Shown in pieces: positions 28,708-38,070 of a DNA stretch of 64,000 nucleotides. Under the pieces are notes generated by a model. That model worked only from the letters and a program-made list of their open reading frames with translations, had not been told where the DNA came from and searched no databases. Every line of letters begins with the position of its first letter. Position 1 is the stretch's first letter. A program made the translations under genes and the position numbers. The DNA comes from a virus, in the IMG/VR virus record IMGVR_UViG_3300035670_000027; one strand, 5' to 3'.

Positions 28708-29706
28708 TTATATGATCTTTCTTCCTGAGTTAGCATCGGACTTAGCATCACCAAGAGTGCGGACAGTCACTTCAGACAATTGAAGCGTCATTGTACTTTC
28801 TGTTGGAATACCATCTTCAAAGAATGTCATCTTTTGTCCACCATAATCAACTGCAACAGATTCAATCGCACAAAGTTTACTTTCAAAAAGTGTCTGTGCG
28901 CCTTGGGGTGAATTGAATTCAATGCTGAATGCAGTTAGATGTGGATAACCAAAAGTAAATGATTGAAGTGTGCCTGTGACACCACCAAGTGTGACTGATC
29001 TATTCTGGGCTGAAGGTGACGATGCAACCTTAAATGTATTTAAAATCTTAACAATGTTTTGTGCTTCAGTCTGACTTCTTGGTCTAAATGTGACCGGCAC
29101 TTGATATCGTCTAAACTGAGGACCTTTGTAGAGCAATTGTGCGTATGGATTGACTGCGGCTCTTCCAGTAAACTCAGCCTGTGAAATTGAATTCAAACCA
29201 CCAGATGTAAGAAAGCCAGTCGCACCAGCAAGCGATTTTTGAAGTGCATACAAAAATGCTTCTGCGGCAGTTGCACCATATTTAAGTAGACCTTCTGCAC
29301 CACCTTCAGTAACTTGTGTCGCAGTTAAGTCTCCGCCTGCTTGTTCGCCTACATTTTCTGCGCCTGCTTCAGTATAAAGTTGTGCCGCTAAGTTTTCCAT
29401 ACCGGCACCAAAGATTGCTTCGGTTCTACTGTACTCTGAAAAACTCGACACATTGAAATTGTTTGGTACACGCATTTTAACTGTTGGTGCACCAGAAATA
29501 AATCCACCGAAAGCATCATAAAATTTAAATGTCATTCTTGGAACATAGAAACCATCTTGTTGATCACCTGATGGATATGAGTATGTGCCACTTAAACCAG
29601 AATCAGCATATCTTCCCACAATCTGTAGAGAAGTTCCACCAAACGCACTTCTATCGCTTGCCGTTTGAGCAAAATCTGATGTTAATTCGAATGTTGTTAA
29701 TGCCAT
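28708..29706 (-). CDS. gp48: Baseplate tail-tube cap gp48-like protein
   Basis: NPYAQLLYKGPQFRRY..FRPRSQTEA, CAIESVAVDY, F.DGIP..MTLQLSE. Confidence 0.8.
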   Translation of the reverse strand: MALTTFELTSDFAQTASDRSAFGGTSLQIVGRYADSGLSGTYSYPSGDQQDGFYVPRMTFKFYDAFGGFISGAPTVKMRVPNNFNVSSFSEYSRTEAIFGAGMENLAAQLYTEAGAENVGEQAGGDLTATQVTEGGAEGLLKYGATAAEAFLYALQKSLAGATGFLTSGGLNSISQAEFTGRAAVNPYAQLLYKGPQFRRYQVPVTFRPRSQTEAQNIVKILNTFKVASSPSAQNRSVTLGGVTGTLQSFTFGYPHLTAFSIEFNSPQGAQTLFESKLCAIESVAVDYGGQKMTFFEDGIPTESTMTLQLSEVTVRTLGDAKSDANSGRKII

Positions 29707-29735
29707 CTAAATATCCTTGAGAGGTTGTTTTCATC

Positions 29736-29743
29736 TATTTATA
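29736..29743 (-). promoter_or_regulatory. T4 late promoter TATAAATA for the gp48-gp53-hub operon
   Basis: Exact consensus in the divergent gp48/gp4 intergenic region. Confidence 0.8.
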
Positions 29744-29750
29744 ATTCACT

Positions 29751-30191
29751 ATGGCATACAAAGGCAAATACAAACCAATTAACCCACAAAAGTACAAGGG
29801 CGATCCAACTAAAATCATTTACCGCAGTCTGCTTGAACGCAGATTCATGGTGTGGTGTGATATGAATTCGTCTGTACTAGAATGGAACTCTGAAGAGGTA
29901 GTCATACCATACAAATCCCCAATTGATACCAAATATCATCGCTATTTTGTCGATTTTTGGGTACGATATCGTGACAAGAATGGCAATTTAAAAGCATGTC
30001 TGATTGAAGTCAAGCCTCACATTCAAACGATGGAACCAAAAAAGAAAGAAGGTTCAGCAAAGCCAACTCGCAGATATCTCAATGAAGTCATGACATGGGG
30101 CGTCAATCAAGCAAAATGGAAAGCGGCAACAGAGTACTGTAAAGATAGAAATTGGGAATTTAAGATACTTACAGAGAAACATTTGACATAA
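29751..30191 (+). CDS. gp4: Head completion nuclease gp4 (TnsA-like)
   Basis: YKGKYKPINPQKYKGDP..IIYRS..ERRFM.WCD, HRYFVDF, IEVKP, NQAKWKAA. Confidence 0.93.
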   Translation: MAYKGKYKPINPQKYKGDPTKIIYRSLLERRFMVWCDMNSSVLEWNSEEVVIPYKSPIDTKYHRYFVDFWVRYRDKNGNLKACLIEVKPHIQTMEPKKKEGSAKPTRRYLNEVMTWGVNQAKWKAATEYCKDRNWEFKILTEKHLT

Positions 30192-30194
30192 ATA
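30187..30194 (+). promoter_or_regulatory. Late promoter variant CATAAATA upstream of gp2
   Basis: One mismatch to consensus, about 25 nt before the gp2 ATG. Confidence 0.55.
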
Positions 30195-30218
30195 TATGTA
30201 TTCAATAACAGGAATACT

Positions 30219-30818
30219 ATGTTACTTTTTAAAGAAATCATCTATCAAGGCGTAAACGCTGGTCAATTGCCTGCGAGAACTTCGGCTGCCCGAAACTGGT
30301 ACAGAGATGCGGCAGAACAAATCTCTGCGCCCAATCGTTTGACGCCTTCAAAGGTTGTTCGATCTTTTCAACAGAAACGCAAAGTTGGAGAGATGACACC
30401 TGGCTACATGTATTTGTTTAAGTACGATCCAAAAGGCAAAGCAGATTTGCCATACTACGATACTTTTCCTTTGATTTTTCCTATCGAAAGATACTCTGAC
30501 GGATTCTTAGGCATCAACTTTCACTACTTGCCACATCCACTCAGAGCAAAACTCATGGATGCAATTTACACTACAACAACAGACAAAAATTATGATGAAA
30601 ATACAAGAGTGAAGATATCTTACAGTATTCTCGCCAGAGCGGCTAAATATAAAGCATTCAAGCCAACTGTAAAGAGATATTTAAATTCTCAGGTTCGTTC
30701 ACCATTTTTAGAGATAACATCGATTGAATGGGATATTGCATTGTTCTTGCCACTAGAAAAATTTAAACGGTCTGACAAAGAATCAATTTGGGCAGACAGT
30801 AGAAGGTTAATCAAGTAA
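30219..30818 (+). CDS. gp2: DNA end protector protein gp2
   Basis: MYLFKYDPKGK..LPYYDTFPLIF, GFLGINFHYLP, KRYL, WDIALFLP. Confidence 0.92.
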   Translation: MLLFKEIIYQGVNAGQLPARTSAARNWYRDAAEQISAPNRLTPSKVVRSFQQKRKVGEMTPGYMYLFKYDPKGKADLPYYDTFPLIFPIERYSDGFLGINFHYLPHPLRAKLMDAIYTTTTDKNYDENTRVKISYSILARAAKYKAFKPTVKRYLNSQVRSPFLEITSIEWDIALFLPLEKFKRSDKESIWADSRRLIK

Positions 30819-31420
30819 TGTTTAGTATAACATCATTCAAAAACAATGTCAAGGTTGTACGACCTAATTTATTCTTTGCAGAAGTAACATTGCCACCAAC
30901 AATTGCTACTGCGGCTGGAGTAAATAACTTCAATCAAACCTTTCGCTTCCGTTGTCAAGCGACAGAGTTTCCAGGAAGAACACTTGCGACTAATGATGAC
31001 ATTTCATTTGGTCCAACAACAAAGTTTGCATACGATACAACATACAATGACCTCAATCTACAGATTATTGCATCTGAAGATATGGCTGAAAGAAAAGTTT
31101 TTGAAACTTGGATGGACAATATCGTTACAAAGCCTGGACTAAATGCAGGAACTTTTAGAGCCACCGGCGGTCTTGCAACTGGAGGTTTTGTTCGATATTA
31201 CAATGACTATGCACAAGGAGGCAAAGTAACAATTTATCAGGTTAACGATCAGCGTGTGCAACTTGCTAAGTGCGATCTCAATGGTGCTTTTCCAATCGGT
31301 ATTGGACCAATGAACCTTACTTGGGAAGAGTTTGATAGTTACCAAAGATTTAGCGTCACAATTGCATATAGATATCATGTTAATGACTTTACGCAGAGAA
31401 CACTTTCTGCAATCACATAA
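30818..31420 (+). CDS. Tail-tube initiator gp54 / gp19-like protein
   Basis: RPNLFFAEV, CQATEFPGR, ERKVFETWMD, YYNDYA, AFPIGIG. Confidence 0.78.
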   Translation: MFSITSFKNNVKVVRPNLFFAEVTLPPTIATAAGVNNFNQTFRFRCQATEFPGRTLATNDDISFGPTTKFAYDTTYNDLNLQIIASEDMAERKVFETWMDNIVTKPGLNAGTFRATGGLATGGFVRYYNDYAQGGKVTIYQVNDQRVQLAKCDLNGAFPIGIGPMNLTWEEFDSYQRFSVTIAYRYHVNDFTQRTLSAIT

Positions 31421-31435
31421 TTAAGGAGAAACATT

Positions 31436-32179
31436 ATGGCTTTACCACAAATTAACACACCCACATTTGAATTGACTTTACCTTCCTCAGGTCAGCAAGT
31501 TCGATACAGACCATTCTTGGTCAAAGAACAAAAAATTCTTTTGATGGCATTAGAGAGCAAAGAATCAAGCGAAATGCTTCGTGCTATCAAACAGATTATC
31601 GCAAACTGTTGTTTAAGTGAAGGCGTAAAAGTTGACGCACTTCCAATGTTCGATTTGGAATATTTCTTCATGCGCCTTCGTGCAAAATCAATTGGTGAAA
31701 CAATTGAATTGAATCTAACTCACTTTGAAAAGACAAATCGTGAGATGAATGAGTGTGATCATACTACAAAATTCACACTCAATCTTATGGAAGTTGAAGT
31801 TGAAAAAGATCCAGAACATCAAGTCAAGATTGTTCTTGATGAAGAAAAGCAGATTGGTATTGTATTGAAATATCCAACCATCTCGCTTGCAGATAAAATG
31901 CAGAAAGCAGACACAAAGAATCAAATGGATGTAATTGTTGATGTTGTTTGTCAATGTATTGACTACATCTTTGATGCGGAGAACACATATCCAGCGTCAG
32001 AATCGACAAAGCAAGAATTGCAAGAATTCATTAACAACCTTAGCCAAGAGCAGTTCGCTAAGATTAACGGATTCTTTACCACAATGCCTAAACTCAAGCA
32101 TACAATCAATTGGCGTTGTGACAAGTGTGGTACAGATGATCACATTACGCTGGAGGGTATGGCAAATTTTTTCGGATAG
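31436..32179 (+). CDS. gp26: Baseplate hub assembly protein gp26-like (candidate tail chaperone, frameshift N-part)
   Basis: MALPQINTPTFELTLPS..YRPFLVKEQKILLMA, DLEYFFMRLRAKSIGE, FFTTMPKL, C..C, LEGMANFF. Confidence 0.9.
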   Translation: MALPQINTPTFELTLPSSGQQVRYRPFLVKEQKILLMALESKESSEMLRAIKQIIANCCLSEGVKVDALPMFDLEYFFMRLRAKSIGETIELNLTHFEKTNREMNECDHTTKFTLNLMEVEVEKDPEHQVKIVLDEEKQIGIVLKYPTISLADKMQKADTKNQMDVIVDVVCQCIDYIFDAENTYPASESTKQELQEFINNLSQEQFAKINGFFTTMPKLKHTINWRCDKCGTDDHITLEGMANFFG

Positions 32180-32218
32180 CATTGTCTAGTGATAACCTAA
32201 CTAATTATTACAAGACAA
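32152..32218 (+). promoter_or_regulatory. Putative -1 programmed ribosomal frameshift signal (internal SD, slippery site, hairpin)
   Basis: GGAGG 32152-56; A_AAT_TTT and T_TTT_TTC 32164-73; hairpin TTGTCT-A-GTGATAA/TTATTAC-A-AGACAA 32182-32218. Confidence 0.7.
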
Positions 32219-32382
32219 ATTTTGCTCTGATGCAACATCATAAATATAGTTTAACTGAACTAGAAGAGATGATGCCATTCGAAAGAGAAATTTATATTAT
32301 GCTTCTAACGCAGTTCGTTAAAGAAGAAAACGAAAGACAAAAACAACAAGAGGCTAACATGAGAGCCCGAACTAGAAGATAA
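32182..32382 (+). CDS. gp51: Small gp51-like baseplate hub assembly protein; probably made as a -1 frameshift extension of gp26
   Basis: NYYKTNFALMQHHKYSLTELEEMMPFEREIY; only a weak TTG start; lies in the -1 frame of gp26. Confidence 0.82.
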   Translation: MSSDNLTNYYKTNFALMQHHKYSLTELEEMMPFEREIYIMLLTQFVKEENERQKQQEANMRARTRR

Positions 32383-32387
32383 AATAA

Positions 32388-35300
32388 ATGGCAGATTTAG
32401 TTGGTAAGTTAGGTCAAACAATCAAAGGCTCTGTTCAAAACTTTGGAGCCGGATTCAAACAGGCAGCCATCTCAGGCAATCCTGCGCTTTTTGGTGCAGG
32501 ATTGAGTGTTTTAGGAAAAGCATTCGAAAAAAATACCTCTGAAGAAAAAGCAGACAGAGCAAAAGATCGTGAAGAGAGAAGACGCCAAAGACAGTTTGAT
32601 GAAGAGAATCAAAACGAACAGAGAAAACTAGACAATGACATTCTAGGCACACTTAAATCAATTGAGAAAAGCGTTGAAGCAATTCTCGCAATTCTTGATA
32701 AGAAAGACAAGCCTGGCTTTGGTCTCGGACCTCTTCTTCTTCTTGGAAAAGGTGTAGAGCAATTAGTCAAAGGTTTCAAGCCATTCTTAGAAAATCTTAA
32801 AAAGTTCTTTACAGTTAAGATACCAGACTTTTTTAAGAGCATATTCGACAAAATCAAAATTCCAAAAATTGCAGATAGTCTTACGAAACTGTTAGGCAAT
32901 CTTGCTGATTTATTTAAGAACGCATTTCAAAAACTCAAACTTGGATTTGCAGAAAGATTTCCGAAACTTCAAAAAGGTATTGATGAAATCTTCGATGTAA
33001 TTCGAACATCAATTCGCTTTGTTGGTAATCTCATTAGTGATCTATTCAATCGTGTGGCGCAACTCGTTACACGAATCATGCCTTCAATTCCAGGAATGCC
33101 AAGACCTGGTGCCGGTAAAGCGCCAACAATTAAACAAGAAGGTACAAGATTTAGAAGCACAGAAACAGGAAAGTTTGTTTCTGCTGATGCCGCTAAAGCC
33201 GCTGGTTATGTTGATGATGCCGGTGCAGTAGTTAAAGGTGTTGATACTGCCGCAGATATTGCAAAGGTTGGTGTCGTTGGTGCTGGTCTTGCTAAAATTC
33301 TAGGCGTATTCAAAGGTCTTGGTGATGTACTCTCTGGACCTATAAAAGCATTTGGTGAAATTACTGATGTGCTTGCTTTTGCAAGAGGTTTAGGTAAAGT
33401 CATTGTACCGCTTGGTGTTATCATCTCAATCTTTGATGGTATCTTTGCGGCAGTTGATACTGCAACACTTGAAAAACAATTTGGTCCAGGCAATGTAGGA
33501 ATTCAACAGAGAATCGCCGCATTCATCGGTGGCTTCATTGGAAGTATCGGTGGTCTCTTTGATGTGCTTGGCAAACTCATGGGCATCGATACTGGCGAGG
33601 GTGAGAATTCAATTCAAGGTCAGATGACCGCCTTCTTTACAAAAGTATCTGATGAAGTATTAAGTGGCATTGCCGCATTCTTAAAATTCATCGGTACGAT
33701 TATTACTTCAGACACATTTCAAGAAGTTTGGAAAGCCGCAAAAGAAACATTATCAAAAGGTTTTGAAGCCGTACTCGCACTCTTTACGCTAATCAAAGAC
33801 ATATTCATGTCTGATACAATGATGTACATCTACAAGGTAATAGGTGGCATCGTTGGCGAAACAGTTAAGACTGCACTTAAAGCACTTGGAAATATTGTAG
33901 AGTTTATTCTTGGATTGATCACATTTGATACAACCAGAATGGCTGGTGCAGTAAAAAATCTTGCAGGAAATATTGTTGAAGGTATTGGTAATATCTTCAA
34001 ATTAATTGCAAACACTCTCATTGAAGGTATGAATGCATTTATTGATGCATTACCTTTACCTCAGTCTCTAAAAGACAGAGCGAAAATAGGTAAGTTTGCA
34101 ATACTAACTCAAAGAGATAGAGAGTTAAATGCGCTTACTGAAACTGTAGCCGCACGACCAAAAGATGCCGCAGCCGCCGAAGAGTGGGACAAACAATATG
34201 GTAAGTTTTATGATCGATCAGGCAAACTAAAAGCCTCTACACTTAAAGAACAAACTGAACTCAGAAAACTCATTGCAGATGGAATGTATGACGCATTGAA
34301 GCGTCCTGGTTCGTTATCTGTAAGTGAAGCATTAAATATTAGTGCAAAAATTACTCAAGATGAATTTGAGTGGCAACAAGAACAAGCAAGAAAAACTGAA
34401 CAATATCGTGCAGAAAGAGATGCATTACAGAAACGATTCTATACTACATTAGAAAATGGTTTTGAAAGAATGCTCACTAAAGGTGCCGGTGGTTTTGGAA
34501 AAGGTACTGCACCTGGTGGCGCAAGAAGTGCAATCGAATCTGCAATTGGTCCAGCATTTCAAAAACTTGGAACCAGAATATTTGGTAAAGAGATGGGTGG
34601 GGAGATGGGTCAAATCTTCACACAACTCTTTGGTAGTTACGGCGACCAGATAGCAACTCAGGTTCTTGGTCCTGCCCTCTTTGGTGCAAATAAAACTGGT
34701 GGTGAAAACGCAAATCGATTCTTCAATAGCCTTGCGAGTGGCAACAAGAAGAATGCGATGGAAGATTTCATCTATGGAACAACAGGCATTTCAATTGGTT
34801 CTAGAAGTGCGTTAGGATATGAAAAAGGCACTAAAGAAATTGCAAAAGAACTTGCACAAGTATTAGGTACACCTTTCGATCCACTCTTCAGTCTTGATCA
34901 AGCGGAGCGCCAAAGACTTGAGCAAGCAAATGCAACCAGTCAGCCTATCGTTGACGCAATTGAAAGACAAACTATAGCACTTACAACACCACCAACAGTA
35001 GCAGGTGGAGGTGCCGTAGTCGTTGATCCTGTTACAGGACAAGTCATATCTGGTTCAAGAGGAATTTATGGTGGCGGTGGTGGAGGCGGTGGTGGTGCCG
35101 CAGGAATGGTCGGAGCACAAGGCTCTCTCATTCCCGGAATGCCAGCAACATCCAAGGCGCTAATCAATTTTGGTAGTCAATATCTAGGAAGAAAACTTGG
35201 TGTAGATACATCTACATTTGGTGGTGCAATGGCACAGACTGGATTGAGTGCCGCAGTCAACGCCGCACTTACTGGTGGTGATGTATTAAATGCATTAACA

Positions 35301-36968
35301 AGCATCAACTCCATTTCTAGAATGGGTGAACAAATTTCAAGACTAGGTGTTGAAGGTATGATGAGATCCACATCTGGCTTTGGTCAAGCCGCAGGAAGTG
35401 CGGCAATGAACTTTGGTGGTGGTTTACAGGCTGGTGGTTCTGGTGGTTTCTATAGTATGTCAAATGTTGGAACCATGACTACGGCTGGACAAGTAGGTTA
35501 TGTCGCAGGCGTGATTGGTGCCGCTATGACTGCTAAATCAATTTCTGATGCATTCTCTGGTGGTTATAAGTCTGGCGTTGGTGACGCCGTAGCCGTTGTT
35601 GGTTCGTTCTTCGATCCAACAGGAGGATTTATTGCTGGTGCCGTTGGTGGTATTGTGAATCGTCTGTTCGGTCGTAAAGCACCAGAAGTTACAGATACAG
35701 GTATTACAGGAACTCTGAAGACCGATTCTGTTTCACTAAAACAATACACAGACATTCTAGAAAAAGGTGGTACTTATCGTAGTGATAAACGATACACACA
35801 ATATGCTGATCTTGATCCTAAACTTGTAAAAGGCATCACAATGGCGATTGGTGCTTTGGTTGACGGCATTAAGAAAACTGGTGAAGCAATGGGGCTTGAC
35901 CGAGCAACCGCTTCAGCATCATATCGTGATGCATATCAAAAATTGTTGAGAGGCGAATTTACTCAAGAGGTTAGAGTTTCACTCAAAGGTTTGTCTGAAG
36001 AAGAACAAAAAGAAGCACTAGAAAAGATGATCACAGATTTTGCTGAAGGCTATCTGAGAGATGCTTTTGGAACTACACTTGATCGATTCCAAAGATCAGG
36101 AGAAAAACTTTACGAAACATTTGACCGTTTGACTAAAGCGGCAATCGCAATGTCTGACATTACATTGAAACTTCGTTATAATTACGATGCACTTAATGTT
36201 GCCTTAGACGAATTTGATGCGGCCGCATTGGCAGATAGATTCTTTGATCTTGCTGGTGGCATTGACAAGTATGCAAAAGATGTTCAATTCTACTTTGAAA
36301 ACTTCTATACTAGAGAAGAGCAATTAGAATATGCCGCAGAAAAAGGTCGCCAACTAATGGAAGCATCATTAGAAAAAGTTGGTCTTGATGCTTCAATGAG
36401 TGTCAAAGGTTTGACTGATATGATGGGTGAGAATTTTGAAGATGCTAGAAAAGCATATCGTAAAGTCGTTGAAGATTTCATTGCCGCTAATGGTGGCATG
36501 GAAGAGATTGTAAGAAAAGGCGATCCAAAAGTTATTGAACAACTTGCAAGACTGCAAGGCGAACTTGCACAAGAATACTATGCAACTGCAAAAGCAATTC
36601 AAGAACTTGATAGAATTAAAGGAACATCAAAAGAAGCATTGACTGGTGCCGCTAGAGCAATCTTCATGGCAGACATGGCTGCCGCAGGAAGATCATTTGC
36701 GGTTGGTGGTATTACATCAGGACCTAGATCAGGTTATGCCGCAATGCTACACGGAACTGAAGCGGTTGTTCCTCTGCCAAATGGTCGTGAGATTCCAGTC
36801 GAATTGAAATTTCCACAATCTGAATTGGGTATGAATCGCACATACATTAACAATATTGTTGGTAACGGAAATGCTACAGTTAGATCGTCTCCAACAAATG
36901 TGATCACATCAACACCTCAAGCAACTTCTGGTTCATCACCAAACAGAGTACTCTCTTCCGCATATTAA
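32388..36968 (+). CDS. Tape measure protein (gp29 position)
   Basis: 1526 aa, Ala/Gly-rich amphipathic helices, follows gp26/gp51; C-terminal FAVGG..GPRSGY.AMLHGTEAVVPLP TMP-type motif. Confidence 0.8.
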   Translation: MADLVGKLGQTIKGSVQNFGAGFKQAAISGNPALFGAGLSVLGKAFEKNTSEEKADRAKDREERRRQRQFDEENQNEQRKLDNDILGTLKSIEKSVEAILAILDKKDKPGFGLGPLLLLGKGVEQLVKGFKPFLENLKKFFTVKIPDFFKSIFDKIKIPKIADSLTKLLGNLADLFKNAFQKLKLGFAERFPKLQKGIDEIFDVIRTSIRFVGNLISDLFNRVAQLVTRIMPSIPGMPRPGAGKAPTIKQEGTRFRSTETGKFVSADAAKAAGYVDDAGAVVKGVDTAADIAKVGVVGAGLAKILGVFKGLGDVLSGPIKAFGEITDVLAFARGLGKVIVPLGVIISIFDGIFAAVDTATLEKQFGPGNVGIQQRIAAFIGGFIGSIGGLFDVLGKLMGIDTGEGENSIQGQMTAFFTKVSDEVLSGIAAFLKFIGTIITSDTFQEVWKAAKETLSKGFEAVLALFTLIKDIFMSDTMMYIYKVIGGIVGETVKTALKALGNIVEFILGLITFDTTRMAGAVKNLAGNIVEGIGNIFKLIANTLIEGMNAFIDALPLPQSLKDRAKIGKFAILTQRDRELNALTETVAARPKDAAAAEEWDKQYGKFYDRSGKLKASTLKEQTELRKLIADGMYDALKRPGSLSVSEALNISAKITQDEFEWQQEQARKTEQYRAERDALQKRFYTTLENGFERMLTKGAGGFGKGTAPGGARSAIESAIGPAFQKLGTRIFGKEMGGEMGQIFTQLFGSYGDQIATQVLGPALFGANKTGGENANRFFNSLASGNKKNAMEDFIYGTTGISIGSRSALGYEKGTKEIAKELAQVLGTPFDPLFSLDQAERQRLEQANATSQPIVDAIERQTIALTTPPTVAGGGAVVVDPVTGQVISGSRGIYGGGGGGGGGAAGMVGAQGSLIPGMPATSKALINFGSQYLGRKLGVDTSTFGGAMAQTGLSAAVNAALTGGDVLNALTSINSISRMGEQISRLGVEGMMRSTSGFGQAAGSAAMNFGGGLQAGGSGGFYSMSNVGTMTTAGQVGYVAGVIGAAMTAKSISDAFSGGYKSGVGDAVAVVGSFFDPTGGFIAGAVGGIVNRLFGRKAPEVTDTGITGTLKTDSVSLKQYTDILEKGGTYRSDKRYTQYADLDPKLVKGITMAIGALVDGIKKTGEAMGLDRATASASYRDAYQKLLRGEFTQEVRVSLKGLSEEEQKEALEKMITDFAEGYLRDAFGTTLDRFQRSGEKLYETFDRLTKAAIAMSDITLKLRYNYDALNVALDEFDAAALADRFFDLAGGIDKYAKDVQFYFENFYTREEQLEYAAEKGRQLMEASLEKVGLDASMSVKGLTDMMGENFEDARKAYRKVVEDFIAANGGMEEIVRKGDPKVIEQLARLQGELAQEYYATAKAIQELDRIKGTSKEALTGAARAIFMADMAAAGRSFAVGGITSGPRSGYAAMLHGTEAVVPLPNGREIPVELKFPQSELGMNRTYINNIVGNGNATVRSSPTNVITSTPQATSGSSPNRVLSSAY

Positions 36969-36997
36969 AAAAAGCCCCTCATTGCGAGGGGCTAAAA
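36967..36997 (-). terminator. Rho-independent terminator after gp32
   Basis: AGCCCCTC/GAGGGGCT 8-bp stem with 5-nt loop, followed by a U-run on the minus strand; lies between convergent genes. Confidence 0.85.
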
Positions 36998-37021
36998 CTA
37001 CAAGAAGAACTCAAGGAGATT

Positions 37022-37924
37022 TTAGTCTTCGGCTAACTTTTCAAAGTAACTCAAACTTTCGTCATCGTCATCATTCCAAGGTGGTGTGTCATCCTCAACA
37101 GTCTTAGCCTTAACTGGTTCGGATTTCTTTGAAATAGGTTGACTTGGTTTCTCAACAGCCACAGTATCATTCTCAAGATTAAGAACCAAATTCAAACGCT
37201 TTTTCAATTCGTCATAAGATTTGAAATTGCTTTCTGCAAGAAACTCAGAGAGTTTGTGTTCAGACTTCCAAATCTTTTCAAGGTCATCATCATCTTCACT
37301 CAGTCGAGCAGGTGAATCAAATTCAGACTTGTCATAGTTAGTGTAGCCTTCTACTTTGCGAATCTTCAGTTTGAAGTTCGCACCTTCCCACAAGTCAAAT
37401 GGATTGACTGGTGATTCATCTTCAAACTCAGGATTCATCATATCGTTGAGTTTGTCGAAAATTTTCTTGCCATACTTGAACAAGAAAACTTTACCTTCGT
37501 TGTCAGGATTGGCTGGATCCTTAACAACATAGATGTTGGAAATGTATTGCAGTTTACGCTTTTGCTTTCTGGCAATCTCTTTGTCAGATTCAAGACCAGA
37601 ATTCCATAGCACAGAGTTATACTCTGAGACTGGATCTTTTTTGTTTAGCGTAGTGAGGGAATTCTCAATGTACCATTGACCAGTAGGTCCTTGGAATGAG
37701 TGTGAGAAGAGTTGAACCCAAGGCATGTCTTCGCCTTCGGCGGCAGGAAGAAAACGAATAACTGCTAATCCGTTACCTGCTTTGTCGACCGTTGCTTTCC
37801 AGAAGCGATCATCTTCATAGGACTTCTTTTCGCCATCTTTAGAGTTGAGTTTGTTGACTTGCTCTGTCAACTTTTCCAAATCTTTGGTGCGTGACTTGCG
37901 TAGTTCTGCGAATGAATTTGCCAT
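37022..37924 (-). CDS. gp32: Single-stranded DNA-binding protein gp32
   Basis: DDRFWK..DKAGNG.AVIRFLP, WYIENSLTT, YVVKDP.NP.NEGKVFLFKYGKKIFDK, acidic tail SYFEKLAED. Confidence 0.96.
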   Translation of the reverse strand: MANSFAELRKSRTKDLEKLTEQVNKLNSKDGEKKSYEDDRFWKATVDKAGNGLAVIRFLPAAEGEDMPWVQLFSHSFQGPTGQWYIENSLTTLNKKDPVSEYNSVLWNSGLESDKEIARKQKRKLQYISNIYVVKDPANPDNEGKVFLFKYGKKIFDKLNDMMNPEFEDESPVNPFDLWEGANFKLKIRKVEGYTNYDKSEFDSPARLSEDDDDLEKIWKSEHKLSEFLAESNFKSYDELKKRLNLVLNLENDTVAVEKPSQPISKKSEPVKAKTVEDDTPPWNDDDDESLSYFEKLAED

Positions 37925-38070
37925 ATATTTTCTCCGTATGTAAATGTATTAAACCGTATGTTTATCTTGTCCACTATTCTCATGATGTACATTAGTATAT
38001 AGTCGTTCAAGATTCTTTTTTGATAGACATAGCGCACAAATTTTTCTCTTTCGCCATAAAGAGGGTGGTG

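Noticed and set aside
29751-30191. TnsA-like endonuclease as a Tn7 element
   Set aside because: It is core head-completion gp4 in normal synteny; no tnsB/C or terminal repeats.
31935-32189. Alternative-frame ORF over the gp26 end (+1 shift product)
   Set aside because: Terminates at 32189 and has no conserved motif; only the -1 frame connects to gp51.
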